A stretch of 64,000 nt of DNA from positions 134,664,001-134,728,000 of the forward strand of contig NC_043001.1 of NCBI RefSeq assembly GCF_006345805.1, in the 5' to 3' direction. Source of the DNA: Octopus sinensis (lineage: Eukaryota). The notes beneath the pieces are model-generated. The model saw only the letters and a program-made list of their open reading frames with translations. It did not search any database and had not been told where the DNA came from. Position 1 is the first letter of the stretch, and each line of letters opens with the position of its first letter. This document shows, one piece after another, positions 39,295-52,337 of the stretch. The translations under genes and the position numbers were made by a program.

Positions 39295-40060
39295 GGTGTT
39301 CAAGCCAAATTTAACATTTTTTTTGCCCTTTTTTCAGGAGCACCTTAATGTATTGGTGAACAGTCAATGACATGGAGGACTGGAAGCCATCTGAATACTG
39401 GAAAAGAGTTACTTGTATCATGATGATTCACACCAGATATCAAAATCTGTTCAATGCTTTTGTGAACACTGTAAAGCCTGTAAGATGTGAAATGAATAGC
39501 TGCAATAGAGACTAAAAGGCCATGGTCAGCAGGAAGGGACATAGGAGGTGTTCTGACTGCGTCCACATGCAGTAATTCATCAAACAACTGAAGGACAAGG
39601 TGATAGAAGACTTGGACAAGGGAATCCAAGCTTGCAAGAGAGAGAGAGAGAGAGAGAGGGTGGGGGAGGGGGAGAGGGAGAGAAAGAGGTGTTGGAATCC
39701 CCACCATGAAGTTGGCCCTGAATGGAGGACTTTTGCTACCACTCATACGAGAAGTGCAAGGATCAAGTGCTGATAGCCAAGGTCAAGGAGAACTGCTTGA
39801 CAAAGGTATAGAAGCTCCTGAACAAACTGAGGGATCCTGTTGAGCTGGGGACAATCTGGTTCATCTCAGATGTAGAGATCGTCTGCTAGGACCAGTTCTA
39901 CAACGATAGATGGTTTGCCTACAATCCATGTGATGTCTTACATAGCATGAAAACCAAGTTCCCTCAAAACTGTGATGGCCTTTGGGTGTGTTTCAAGTTG
40001 TGCTGCTTTACATCTTTGAACAGAGCTTTAAGCACAATTCAGATGCTTATATGAAGCTGC
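39295..40060 (+). mobile_element. maT-like transposon remnant related to 19091-19972
   Basis: Shared 5' sequence (GGTGTTCAAGCCAAATTT...GGAGGACTGGAAGCCATCTGAATA) and KTKFPQ.VMAFG motif. Contains a (GA)n insertion. Confidence 0.65.
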
Positions 40061-40462
40061 AGGGTCAAGACATTGGAGTTTGAGATATAGACAGGGCTGG
40101 TTTTAAGCCAATTAGACAGGTATGTTCAATTTGGGCCCCATGCACACACTCGAGCAGAGGATGATATGATGAATTTTTAGTATATCATTGTGGCTGATAT
40201 TGGAGCATCAAGCCCTCGATGCGTTCTGGCTGGGATTGGCATACGACACAAAGCATAAGACATCAACTTTCAGCTTTTGTAGAGTAGAGGACCCCACTGA
40301 CAATTCTCCATTCAGGCCCCGCACTTCCTAGTGCCAGCCCTGATTGTAGATTTGGTTCCTATCTCTAACAAGTTGAGCTGCCATGATGATGCCTAGGGGA
40401 CTCATAACTTCAAGAATGTATTAAACTGTGGTAGATTACAAACTATTTCACTGATAATATAT

Positions 40463-40847
40463 TACTCTTTTACTTGTTTCAGTCATTTGACTGCGGCCAT
40501 GCTGGAGCACCGCCTTCAGTCGAGCAAATCGACCCCGGGACTTATTCTTTGTAAGCCCAGTACTTATTCTATCGGTCTCTTTTGCCGAACCGCTAAGTGA
40601 AGGGGACGCAAACACACCAGCATCGGTTGTCAAGCAATGCTAGGGGGACAGACACACAAACACACACACACATACATATATATACGACAGGCTTCTTTCA
40701 GTTTCCGTCTACCAAATCCACTCACAAGGCATTGGTCGGCCCAGGGCTATAGCAGAAGACACTTGCCCAAGATTCCACGCAGTGGGACTGAACCCGGAAC
40801 CATGTGGCTGGTCAGCAAGCTACTTACCACACAGCCACTCCTGCGCC
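40463..40847 (-). mobile_element. SINE family A
   Basis: Reverse complement of the 9578-type element. Confidence 0.9.
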
Positions 40848-41284
40848 TATATGTTCCTGAAATGAAATAAAATTTTTCAAAGATGAGAACTAATACAAGA
40901 TCATCTCTTTCAGATTGATCAATATCAGTGAATCAATCAATGAATTGAATTTACACTTCTCTTTTATATAAGGAATATAAACAATTGAGTCAGTTGGAAT
41001 AATAGAATTTTATCAATAAAACACGCTTCCTTCTTTATTCTTTGTAATGAAATGCGATGTTCTAATTGTGTGGATTATTCTAGAAGCTGAAACAGCCACA
41101 GCTTTGAATCTTGATTTTGCATCTTGTTGTCAGTCACAGCAGAGTCATCATTGCTATCTTGTTATCCTCCTCACCTCTTTTCCTCCTCCTCCATCTTCTC
41201 CTCCTCATTCTCCCTCCTACTTCAGCCTGGTACTTATTCTATCAATATCTTATGCCATACTGCTAAATTATGTGAATTAGTGAA

Positions 41285-41633
41285 GGCGCGTGGCTCTGTG
41301 GTTAGAGCGTCGAGCTTACGATCGTGAGGTTGTGCGCTCGAATCCCGGACCGGGCTGCGTGTTGTGTTCTTGAGCAAGACACTTTATTTCACATTGCTCC
41401 AGTTCACTCAGCTGTAGAAATGAGTTGCGACATCACAGGTGCCAAGCTGTATCGGCCCTTGCCTTTCCCTTGGACAACACTGGTGGCATGGAGAGGGGAG
41501 GCCGATATGCATGGGTGACTGCTGGTCTTCCATAAAAAAAAAAACAAAAAAAAAACAACCTTGCCCAGACTTGTGCCTCAGAGGGTAACTCTCTAGGTGC
41601 AAACCCATAGTCAGTGTCTGACCGAAGGGGGTC
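41285..41633 (+). mobile_element. tRNA-headed SINE, family B, with 19 bp flanking direct repeat
   Basis: GGCGCGTGGCTCTGTGG...GCTCGAATCC. ACTGCTAAATTATGTGAAT at 41259-41277 and 41643-41661. Confidence 0.88.
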
Positions 41634-42344
41634 ACCATCACCACTGCTAAATTATGTGAATATAAACAAACCCAAACACTGGTTGTCAAGTGGCAATGAG
41701 AGGAAGACATAGACACACATACACATGCGCATACACACTTCTGAATCGAAACAGCTGTCAGGGATGTCATATTTTATAATTACTAAATAATTTTATTAAT
41801 TACCTCTCCATTTTCTCTTTATTCTTTAAATATATAAATATATGAACCATGGTTTATATGGTTACCTTATAGTTGATCTTTCTATAGATTAGTAACTAAC
41901 CAGTATTTTCATTGGATTTATGATCCCTTAATGAAGTTTATTATCTTTACTTGATATGTGTATGTGTGTGTGTGTGTGTGTGTGTGTATACATATGTATA
42001 CACACATGCATGCACACACACACAATAGGCTTCTTTGAGATTCCATCTACTAAATCCACCCACAAGACTTTGGTCAACCTGATAGTTATAGCAGAAAAAA
42101 CTTGTCCAAGGTTCCATGCAGTGGGACTGAACCAAGTGGGGAAGCAAACTTCTTACCACACCTGCCACACAATCACACCTGTTTTATTGATTATTTCCTA
42201 GCATTAATTTTAGTAAAAACATGAACTTGTATTCTTAGGTCTGAAATGTGCTACTGTACTAGTTAGTCTATCTCGATCCCTGAAATAACTAGAAATTCTA
42301 ACTTAAATATTTCTGTATCTTGTTACCTTACTGGTTATACTTAT

Positions 42345-42741
42345 TACTCTTTTACTCTTTTACTTGTTTCAGTCATTTGACTGCGGCCATGCTGGAGCAC
42401 CGCCTTTAGTCGAGCAAATTGACCCCGGGACTTATTCTTTGTAAGCCCAGTACTTATTCTATCGGTCTCTTTTGCCGAACCACTAAGTGACGGGGACGTA
42501 AACACACCAGCATCGGTTGTCAAGCACAGACACACAAACATATACACACACACACTTATATATATATATACATATATACAACAGGCTTCTTTCAGTTTCC
42601 GTCTACCAAATCCACTCACAAGGCATTGGTCGGCCCGGGGCTATAGCAGAAGACACTTGCCCAAGATGCCACGCAGTGGGACTGAACCCGGAACTATGTG
42701 GTTGGTTAGCAAGCTACTTACCACACAGCCACTCCTGCGCC
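42345..42741 (-). mobile_element. SINE family A
   Basis: Reverse complement of the 9578-type element. Confidence 0.9.
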
Positions 42742-44531
42742 TTATGTTGACAAAGAATTTTAGTTTGAGCATGCTCAACATTGGACAGGTGCCAAACTGT
42801 ACTAAGTTTAAAGGTTTGACCTGGTATACTGATATGTTAATTAAACACTGTTTTTACTGGTTACCAAGTGAATTAATTTTGACTTGTTCACTTGTTGAAC
42901 CATAGAAGATTGTTCGAAATGATTTATATTGAGCCAGATCATCCAAATTGGATAAGTAAGATATTTGGAAGGGGTTATTGAGGTTAAGTTTGTTTAAAAT
43001 ATGGCATATCAGCAGTTAAAAGATTATTGTATGTGGAGAGGAAATAAATATTTATAGCTTATTTTAAGGCTCTCCTTAACTGGCAGAGATAATGTGATTT
43101 TGGTTAATATGGTTAATGACATGGCAAAATTTCGCAGGGACCCCTTCAGTATGAGAAACATACAGTTAGGGTAATGTAGTGTAATGATAACTGAGGGCAT
43201 GAAAGCAAGGGACATAACTCTGAAATATAAATTGCTATAAATTTGGAGGGACAGTGGGCTTCAGTCAGAAGTGAATCTGATATTTGTAGATATATTCAGT
43301 TTCAACTCTTCTGGAATTGATTAGCATACACATCATCATCATCGTTTAGCGTCCGCTTTCCATGCTGGCATGGGTTGGATGGTTCAACTGGGGTCTGGGA
43401 AGCCAGAAGGCTGCACCAGGCCCAGTCTGATCTGGCAATGTTTCTACGGCTGGATGCCCTTCCTAACGCCAACCACTCCATGAGTGTAGTGGGTACTTTT
43501 TACATGCCACCGGCACAGGTGCCAGACGAGGCTGGCAACGGCCACGATCGGATGGTGCTTTTTACGTGCCACCGGCACGGAGGCCAGTTGGGGCAGCGCT
43601 GGCAACAGCCACATTCGGATGGTTCTTTTATGTGTCACCGGCACTGGTATCACAGCTACAATTTCCATTGATGTTGATCGATTTTGATTTTGATTGTGTC
43701 CATTGATTTAAGAAATATTGTTTAACATTTTAAAGGTTAGAACATGTGAAAATAGAGGATTTCCAGTAGATCTGAGGACATTTATTTGTGTAGAATTTAG
43801 TGTTAGATATAACAAATATAGTATGGACAGTAATAAGGTGGACATTGGATACAATAAAGTTACATTTGAATGGAGGTTGTAATGGCATTGAATATAATAA
43901 GAAGGAAGAAGGGAGAGGAGGTAGAGCAAAACAATTAATAAACAAATTAAATATTAAAAAGCTGTTAGTGGAAGGGATTGAGGTCACTAAAACTGGGATT
44001 TTTTATCCGTTTCTTTGTGCTTGGAATGCCAACAACCATAACTTGTCCACTGACATAGATATGAAATGTTAAACTGTACTTAGAGTACATCTATAGATTT
44101 TAGCTGATACGGCATGCCTTGATGTGTGGTTAAGGAGCTTACTTCCCAACTATGTGGTTTTGAGTTCAGTCCCACTGTGAGGCACTTTGAGCAAGTATCT
44201 TCTTCTATAACATTAAGCCAAACAAAAGCCTTGTGAATGAATTTCATTGATGGAAACTGAAAGGGACCTGTTGTGTATATGAGTACCTGTGCGTTTTGTG
44301 AGTGGTGTTTGTATGTACCCTTGTTTAGACATCATATGATAACTGTAAATGAGCATTATCATCATGCATACAAGCTAGTTTGTTCTTATCCTGTCTTCAG
44401 TGAAAGCTAAGGGAAAATGTTACCTTGCTCGGAAACAAGTGAAGATTAGTGAGAAGAAGGGTATCAAGCTGTAAAGAATCGACCTCAACAAATTCTGTCT
44501 GATATGTCAATGATAGAAAAATGGACGTTAA

Positions 44532-44737
44532 CCCTTTCATTACCAACCCGGTAATGTGGCTTTTTAGCATAAGTTTTCATAAGTTTTGAATTAAAATCTT
44601 CCACCAAACCTTAATCACAGTTTATGTTCTTAACACTAGCTGAATGATAACCAAGTTATTTTACTAAATTCTTTGTTATATTTAAAATAATTGGAAGAAA
44701 CACAGAGCATCTCAAAATAAATACAGTAACGAAAGGG
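44532..44737. mobile_element. piggyBac-like MITE inserted in the TTAA of an RTE-type tail
   Basis: GGACG-TTAA|CCCTTTCATTAC...GTAACGAAAGGG|TTAA-ATAATGATGATG. Confidence 0.85.
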
Positions 44738-44846
44738 TTAAATAATGATGATGATGATGATGTATGCAGTAGGTAGATGCAAAGATCTTGTTTCTACATA
44801 CAATAATCTTTATGGACTGGTTTCATAAGTGATGTACCCTCTTTAA

Positions 44847-45076
44847 CCCCTTACCCAACAATTATTTTGAAAATAAATGTATTTTTTCAGACATATTTTT
44901 TAATTGTATAAAGTGAGCAAATATACTCGTATATGTCAAAAAAGAGTTTATAATAGACGAAGGAACTCGTTTGCTGTCGATTTTGGCGAGTCTATGTTTT
45001 GACGAGTTAACTCGCCAGAGATAGAAAAAAACGATTTCGGTCAAAACGCATATATTCGTTTCTGCCGGGTAAGGGG
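44847..45076. mobile_element. piggyBac-like MITE
   Basis: TTAA|CCCCTTACCC ... GGGTAAGGGG|TTAA (perfect 10 bp TIR). Confidence 0.88.
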
Positions 45077-47399
45077 TTAACTGTCTACAGAGATACTGCT
45101 TATAACCTCACTATATCTAAATTTTGGGACAGTTGTCCCAAGATTTCTAAATTAAGACATGCAGTCTTCATCTTAAAAGTTATACAATAAGAAGTATGTA
45201 GAAAATGATTTAGCTGCTACATTGGGTGGATCAAGTAATCATATAATTTATTTCTGTTGGTACTAGGAATGATATAGGAAAGTATTGCTGGGTTTGGTGG
45301 TGAAATACAGAGGATGTAACTGGTGGCAGTTTTGGACAGGTATCATAATTAGCTGGTATTAAGGAAATGTAGTGATGTACTTAAAGAAGGTAGAAAGGTG
45401 TATGATATATTGTGTTAGGTAAAAGAAAAAGAAGTGATTATTGAACTCGTTAGGAAAATATGGTGAACGAAGCAGGAATGATTGAAAGAAATTATAATCA
45501 GTCTCTTACAGGAGGTAGAGGTGGGATAACTGAACCAGGATGTATCTCATAACGCAGCCTCTTGATTGGATCAACTAGTGATAACCAATCAAACAAGTTT
45601 AATGGATTCATTAGACCAATTTATAACTGAATACTCTGTAGCCTTTATAGATTAATTGATCTTTGTTGCTATGGTAACATCATCTGATCTTAATGAAATA
45701 AACTGTCATGAAAAAAAAAAAAGACATGGCTTGTCATTGTTGTGAATATTTTCACAGGTGATAATGTGGAGAATTGGCAGAATTGTTAGAGCGTCAGTCA
45801 AAATCTGTTCCAATATTTAATTTTGGACCTTTATATTCTGGATTCAGATCTGCTGAGTTCAGTTTTGTCTCTCATCCTTCAAAGTACTAGGGTTGATCCA
45901 ATTTATTGACATTGGTGGTTCTCAGGCTTTTACAAGAAAGATACTGTAATTTAGAACAAGCATTTTTTCAAGGCTGTTTGTGCTTTAAACACTTTTAATG
46001 CTAAACTCTGAGGCTGCTCCTGTTTCTATGTATGGTACAAGCTTCTTGTTTTAAAGTAATCTAAATTAAAACCCTCCATCAAAATATCAAGCTAATTTAT
46101 GTTCCAAACACAAGCTTAACTAAATTCTTCCTTATATTCAAAGTTAATTTGAAACAAAGGCAATGTATTTCATTAGAAATATGGTTATCAAAGGGGTTAA
46201 GGCTAGATAAGTGTTTAAACCCTACAATATTCTGGTATGGAGCAGCAGAGATTCTGTGTGTTATTAGCTTTGAAAGACATAATAAAGAAAAAATTCCATA
46301 CAGAAATCTTATTAATTAATGGAAAATGTGGCATGTTTGTTATCATATCAATGCAAGAAAAGGCTGATAGAAAATAATCACACAATGTTTGTGACATCAG
46401 TATTCCCTCCTCTACCACCTTCTCTGCTTCCTTCTCCCCCTCATCATCATATGATGAATCCCACCTCCCCACACCAGAATATGATACTATAAAATCAGTG
46501 GTGTACTTTTCCCCAGGAAAATTAAAAGCACATTTGATTTTGACAAGATTTGAACACAGAACACAGAACCAGAACAAATATTTGTTTGCAATTTAGGCAC
46601 AAGGTTAGCAATTTTGAGAGGAGAGTTAGTTGAAAGCCTTGACCCCATTTACTAATCTGGTGCTTTATTTCATCAACCCCTAAAGGATGAAAGGCAACAC
46701 TGATCTTGGTGGGATTTGAACTTAGAACAGAAGAAATTTCACACAGAATTTTCCGCCCACGCTCTAACAATTCTGCCATTCCATTGCCACTTAATATATA
46801 ATTTATTGTATTTAAAGCAGTCATAAATTTTAAACTATGGCTACAATAAACAAATTACGTCACAGAATAAACATCCTTGTTGATATATATGTGTGTGGTT
46901 AATCAGTTGGATTACTGAGCCAGAAAATCAGATGTTATAAACTTCTTCCTTAAGAACATAACAACAAACATAGTGATGAATTTTCAGATGACAGGTACAG
47001 AAACTAAAGACTATACCTTTACAGAGGACTGGCACTCCATGACTCCATCGCTTATAAAATTAACATGCTCATGAAATTAACTTGCTAGTGTCTGAGCACT
47101 CCAGACACATGTACCCTTAACGTAGTTCTCTGAGAGATTCAATGTGACGCAAGGTGTGACAAGGCTGGCCCTTTGAATTACTCATTTTTGCCAGCTGAGT
47201 GGACTGAGGCAATGTGAATTGAAATGTCTTGCTCAAGGATACAATGCATCACTGGGAATTGAACTCTTGACCTTACAGTCATGAGCCAAATACCCTAACC
47301 ATTTAGCCATGCACCTACACATACAGAGGACAATAGGATGTAAATATTTTCTACAAGAATAAAGCACAACATATGGGGACAAAGATGACATCCAGAAAA

Positions 47400-48760
47400 C
47401 ATTTAGACTTAAACAACATGGAAGATGCTGATGCCTAGCTGATACAGTTCAAAGCAAAAACTGAATGCGACAACATTGAAGATGTCAAAAAGAAGCCAAT
47501 ATTTGTTTCTACCTGTGGAGTTGAAGCCATAATGAAGTTAAAAGATGTTCTTTTGCTGGTAAGTCTTTAGAACACAATAAACAACAAATAATGAATCCGT
47601 TGCAACAACTAATAAAACTAAAAGAGAGACTGTTAATTATGGACAGATTAAAATTATTGGAACTAAAGCAACTAGAAGATGAGTCAATCAATGACTTTCT
47701 TCTTAGGATTAATTCTCAAGCTTTCTTCTGTCTTTTGAATAGGTTGAAAGAAAATCCAGAAGAGGAAATTATGAAACTCATTTTCATTGCAGGATTGTCA
47801 TCAGCAGAGATAAAGTAAAAAATTTTGGATCAGGGATCTTTTCCTTTTGAATGGCACTTTGTAACATAATTTCGAGGTAACTAAACACTTTTAAACTTCG
47901 TATACTGGTAGAATGTATTTATAAAACATCATTTTCTCTTGGCTTTATTCAGAAAATTCTATAGGTTGTAAGATATTTCGTCTTTAATTTCGAGCATTTC
48001 GGCAATTTTAACCAATCGTTGACGTCCATTTAGGTAAATAACATTCTGTGCATAATGAATATGTCCCTCCTTTAAGAAACAGATTGGGTTTATTTACATT
48101 TGTGAAGAAAAAAAGATACTCTTCCCCAACCCCTAACCCTAACTAACCCTAATTAACCCTAACTCTAACCCTAAATCTAAAATAGATCGAAATGCAACAG
48201 ATTGATACTAGGGCCATAATTTTCATTTGACACCGCTAGAAAAAAATCCCATTTTCCGTAGCGGTGTCATATGAAATCGTCACCCATAATTACAACCCTA
48301 GTATCGATCTATTGCATTTCAATCTATTTTAGATTCAGGGTTAGTTAGGGTTAGGTTAGGGTTAGGGTTAGGGTTAGAGTTAGGGGTGGGTGAAGGGTAT
48401 CTTTTTTCTTCACAAATGTAAATAAACCCAATCTGTTTCTTAAAGGAGGGACATATTCATTATGCACAGAATGTTATTTACCTAAATGGACCCCAGCGAT
48501 TGGTTAAAATTGCCGAAATGCTCGAAATTAAAGACGAAATATGTTACAACATATAGAATTTTCTTAATAAAGCCAAGAAAAAAAGATGTTTTATAAACAC
48601 ATTCTACCAGTATCCGAAGTTTAAAAGTGTTTAGTTAACTAGAAATTATGTTACAAAGTGCCGTTCAAAAGGAAAAGATCCAAGTTTTTAGTCAAATTCA
48701 ATACAATAATTAGGCTGTTGCCATAAATATATCTAGAAAGAAAGTCAAATTTTTAAAAGA
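47400..48760 (+). mobile_element. Gypsy-like LTR retrotransposon gag remnant (47400-47833, probably resuming after 48681)
   Basis: KQLEDESINDFLLRINSQAFFC...PEEEIMKLIFIAGLSSAEIK*KIL matches the Q...ES+.DF..R+...A..C / GL gag motif pattern. Stops present. Confidence 0.65.
47834..48681. mobile_element. ~850 bp fold-back element containing telomeric repeats
   Basis: Termini GGATCTTTTCCTTTTGAA / TTCAAAAGGAAAAGATCC. ~410 bp inverted arms. (CCCTAA)n at ~48130-48175 and (TTAGGG)n at ~48338-48385. Confidence 0.9.
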
Positions 48761-48989
48761 CCTTTGGCTATAATGATAATTATTAGTTGAAATTCAAATA
48801 AACTATTTTAATTTTATCCGTGAGTGAAGATATAGGAGGGAGTCCAAATAGGAAAGTTGACGTATTTCAGCAGGAGCAAGTTAAAAATAGTCCCTAATAT
48901 CTGGAGAAATGTCGTAAACAGTAAGGTCAAATTAAGTTCAATTGAACAAAGAACGTACTTAGAATATTTAAAGTATCACATATAATATA

Positions 48990-49620
48990 TAGGTCACCTG
49001 AGGCGCCAGGTAAGCGTATTCTTGAGGACAAACTGGTGTCAAGTAGCCTAACATCTGAAATTGTTATTGTTGTGGCTTTTTATTTTTAGTTATTTTTGAA
49101 GAGAATTCATGGCCGATATTATTTGTTAATCTTTATTTTAATGTTTCCTTGTCGGGGTATTAAACTTTGTTATTTTCGATAAAAAAAAAGATGGTTTACA
49201 TTAAAAAAAATATAACGATATTTCACACTTATCATGACAATATGGCGGACAGAGGAAACCAACCCGCGCCGATTGAATATGAAAGGAAGGTAGTAATTGT
49301 CACTGTACATGTATGGGGTAGGCATAGCTCGATGCGGGTGTAGCATGGACGCCACTCTGTTACTATTTACGTGTATTACAGCCAGTAGCTGTAACTTTGG
49401 TAGGGCCCCACCATTGATGTGACTAATTTATTTTCTTTCAACGGCCATCTTTGTGGTTGGTTTTGGTGAAGCGGGAAGTGGATATTGTCACACCTATTTG
49501 TATTTCCCCGCCCTCTGCTTCGTTTTCTCCTACTCTTTCTCCCTACAGCTTCTCTCTCTCTTCTCAATACTTTCTCACCTTTCCCGCTCAAAAGGCGGAC
49601 ATACTCCTACGACACGTAAC
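48990..49620. promoter_or_regulatory. Putative promoter island
   Basis: Non-repetitive and locally CpG-rich. YY1-like ATGGCGG (+, 49242) and GCCATCTTT (49444-49452). E2F-like GCGGGAA (49471) and TTTCCCGC (49580-49587), ETS-like GGAAGT. Donor CAG|GTAAGC at 49009/49010. Confidence 0.5.
49242..49289 (+). CDS. Candidate first coding exon, MADRGNQPAPIEYERK (unidentified)
   Basis: AAT-ATG-GCG Kozak/YY1 context followed by AAG|GTAGTA donor. Protein not recognised. Confidence 0.35.
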
Positions 49621-50199
49621 ACCTCTCTTTCTCCCAGATCCTCACACTTTGCAATTATACTTTTCTTTCTCACTAGCTTTGGACACTAATCCTTTCCTTT
49701 GTTTCTTCTATACCCCTCCCCAACAATATGTATTACACTCTCTACTACCACTCTCTTACAACTATAAATCTTCCTCTCATCACGAGTGCAAAATATGCAC
49801 TCAGCTACATAACACACACACACAAACATGAAGGGATTCTTCCAGTTTCTATATATCAAATTTCCTCACAAAATATTGGTCAACCTGTAGCTAATGTAGA
49901 GGACATAAACAAATATAATCCACAGTGTGAGACTGAACCCCAAACCACATGGCTTCGAAGTAAATTCATTAACTATACAGTTATGCCTGTACCTATAAAG
50001 AATAAAGTTAATCTAGAGGGTTTAGATCAGTAAAGTAACCACACTGTAAATCAGCTCTGCCAGATCTCTGCCAATCCCAATATCCTAACCTTCATCAATA
50101 GATTACCTGGCTTCAGTTTGGACATAAACTCACAAAAATCGTATCTATGCTGTGCTACTGAAAAAGAAAGAAATGGATTATTTGCTGTTAGTTCCATAG

Positions 50200-50905
50200 T
50201 TTTTACTCTTTTACTTGTTTCAGTCATTTGACTGCGGCCATGCTGGAGCACCGCCTTTAATCGAGCAACTCGACCCCGGGACTTATTCTTTTGTAAGCCC
50301 AGTACTTATTCTATCGGTCTCTTTTGCCGAACCGCTTAGTGACGGGGACGTACACACACCAGCATCGGTTGTCAATCAATGCTAGGGGGATAAACACAGA
50401 CACACAAACACACTCACACACACATATATATATACATATATATATACATATATGGAAGGCGCATGGCTCAGTGGTTAGAGCGTCGAGCTTACGATCGTGA
50501 GGTTGTGAGCTCGAATCCCGGACCGGGCTGCGTGTTGTGTTCTTGAGCAAGACGCTTTATTTCACGTTGCTCCAGTTCACTCAGCTGTAGAAATGAGTTG
50601 CGACGTCACAGGTGCCAAGCTGTATCGACCTTTGTCTTTCCCTTGGATAACACTGGTGGCGTGGAGAGGGGAGGCCGGTATGCATGGGCGACTACTGGTC
50701 TTCATAAAAACAACCTTGCCCAGACTTGTGCCTCAGAGGGTAACTCTCTAGGTGCAAACCCATATACATATACGACGGGCTTCTTTCAGTTTCCGTCTAC
50801 CAAATCCACTCACAAGGCTTTGGTCGGCCCGAGGCTATAGTAGAAGATACTTGCCCAAGGTGCCACCCAGTGGCAAGCTACTTACCACACAGCCACTCCT
50901 GCGCC
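50200..50905 (-). mobile_element. SINE A (minus) with a SINE B (plus, 50458-50763) nested in its central microsatellite
   Basis: A tail 50200-50455, B element, then A head 50764-50905. Confidence 0.88.
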
Positions 50906-52230
50906 TATTGATTGAATTTCCAACAATGAACATTAAAGAATAGTAATAAATTTCTAATATTTATAATAGGTTTGGGGATACAAGCACGAAAATAGAACTC
51001 AAAGCATGAGTAAATATATCATCATCATTATCCTTTAGCTCTGTTGTCCATGCTGGCATGGATTGGAAAGTTTGACCAGGGCTAATAAGCTGAGGGTCTG
51101 CACCAGACCCTAGTCTGATTTGGCATGGTTTCTATGGCTGGATGCCCTTCCTAACGCCAACCACTTCGAGAGTGTCATGGGTATTTTTACGTGCCACTGG
51201 CACAGGTGTCAGTTTGCATGACACCAATATCTGTCACAACTATAATTTTGCTTGGCTTTATGGGTCTTCTCAAGTGCATCATATTGTCAAAGGTCCTGGT
51301 CATTTGTCATTGCCTCTGTGAGGTCCAGTGCTTGGGAGGTACTTTTTACATGCCACCGGCATGGGTGCTAATTACACGACTCCAGCATTGGCCACATTGT
51401 CTCCGTAAGGCCCAACACTCAAAAGGTGCTTTTTTATGTGCCACTGGCAAGGGTACCAGTTACGTGACACCGGCAACAACCACAGCTATGATTTCACTTG
51501 GTTTGACAGGTCTTCTCAAGCATATCATATCATCAAAAGTCTTGGTCACTAGTCATTGCCTCTGTGAGACCCAGTGTTCAAAGATCATGCTTCACCATCT
51601 CACCCCATGTCTTCCTGGGGTCCCTCTTCCATAGCTTCCTTTAATTGGTGGAGAATGGTACTTCTTCACACAACTGTCCACATCCATATGTATCACATTA
51701 CCATACCAATGCAGCCGTCTCTCTTGTACAACACAAGAGAGACGACTGCATTGTGTGTTCATATATATATATATTTATAAATAAGGATAATATCGATATT
51801 ATCAAGTGGCCAGCATGGGAATAAATACCATACATAGGTAATAACTTTTCACAACTATAAATAAGAGTATCTGGGAACGTTCATTTGTACGGGCAAGTAC
51901 ATCAGCTGTTGCGATTGATACTACGCGTACACAAGAAAAATGCACATGCAGTTGGCGCAAAAAAAGCCGCCTGGCTTGAAATAATGCTACAAAAAGCAGT
52001 ATATTTAAGATACCAAAAAAGTAAGATGCAAAAGAGATATTTTCTTCAAACTTGGCATGAAGGAAGGAAAGACTATTTGGTTTCTCAAGAAGGTTTTATT
52101 TTGCCTTAACTTTGTTTAACAAAACCAGAATATTGAAATAAAGGCATGCTTAATTATTTTTTAATGAAAAGAAAACACTGATTGCTTTTTATTCAGCACC
52201 GTCCATTGGACGGGGGGGGTCGTTTTGCTC

Positions 52231-52265
<35 letters not shown>

Positions 52266-52337
52266 TGTGTTCTATCGCACCTAGCTGGTATGTAATTGTA
52301 CATTTGTTTCCATGTATTGTGTATTGTGTGTAAAAAA

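Noticed and set aside
41285-41360. tRNA gene candidates at SINE heads
   Set aside because: A and B boxes are present but the acceptor stems do not close, and each continues into a SINE body.
48130-48385. True telomere or chromosome-fusion site
   Set aside because: Repeats are short, degenerate, embedded symmetrically in TE arms, and in the opposite orientation to a fusion signature.
50112-50162. Minus-strand exon candidate (VAQHRYDFCEFMSKLKP) with good splice signals
   Set aside because: Overlaps a dispersed repeat also found at 58165-58275.
51885-52109. ORF upstream of the hammerhead as a Penelope GIY-YIG C-terminus
   Set aside because: No recognisable GIY-YIG or RT motif in any frame; needs a profile search.
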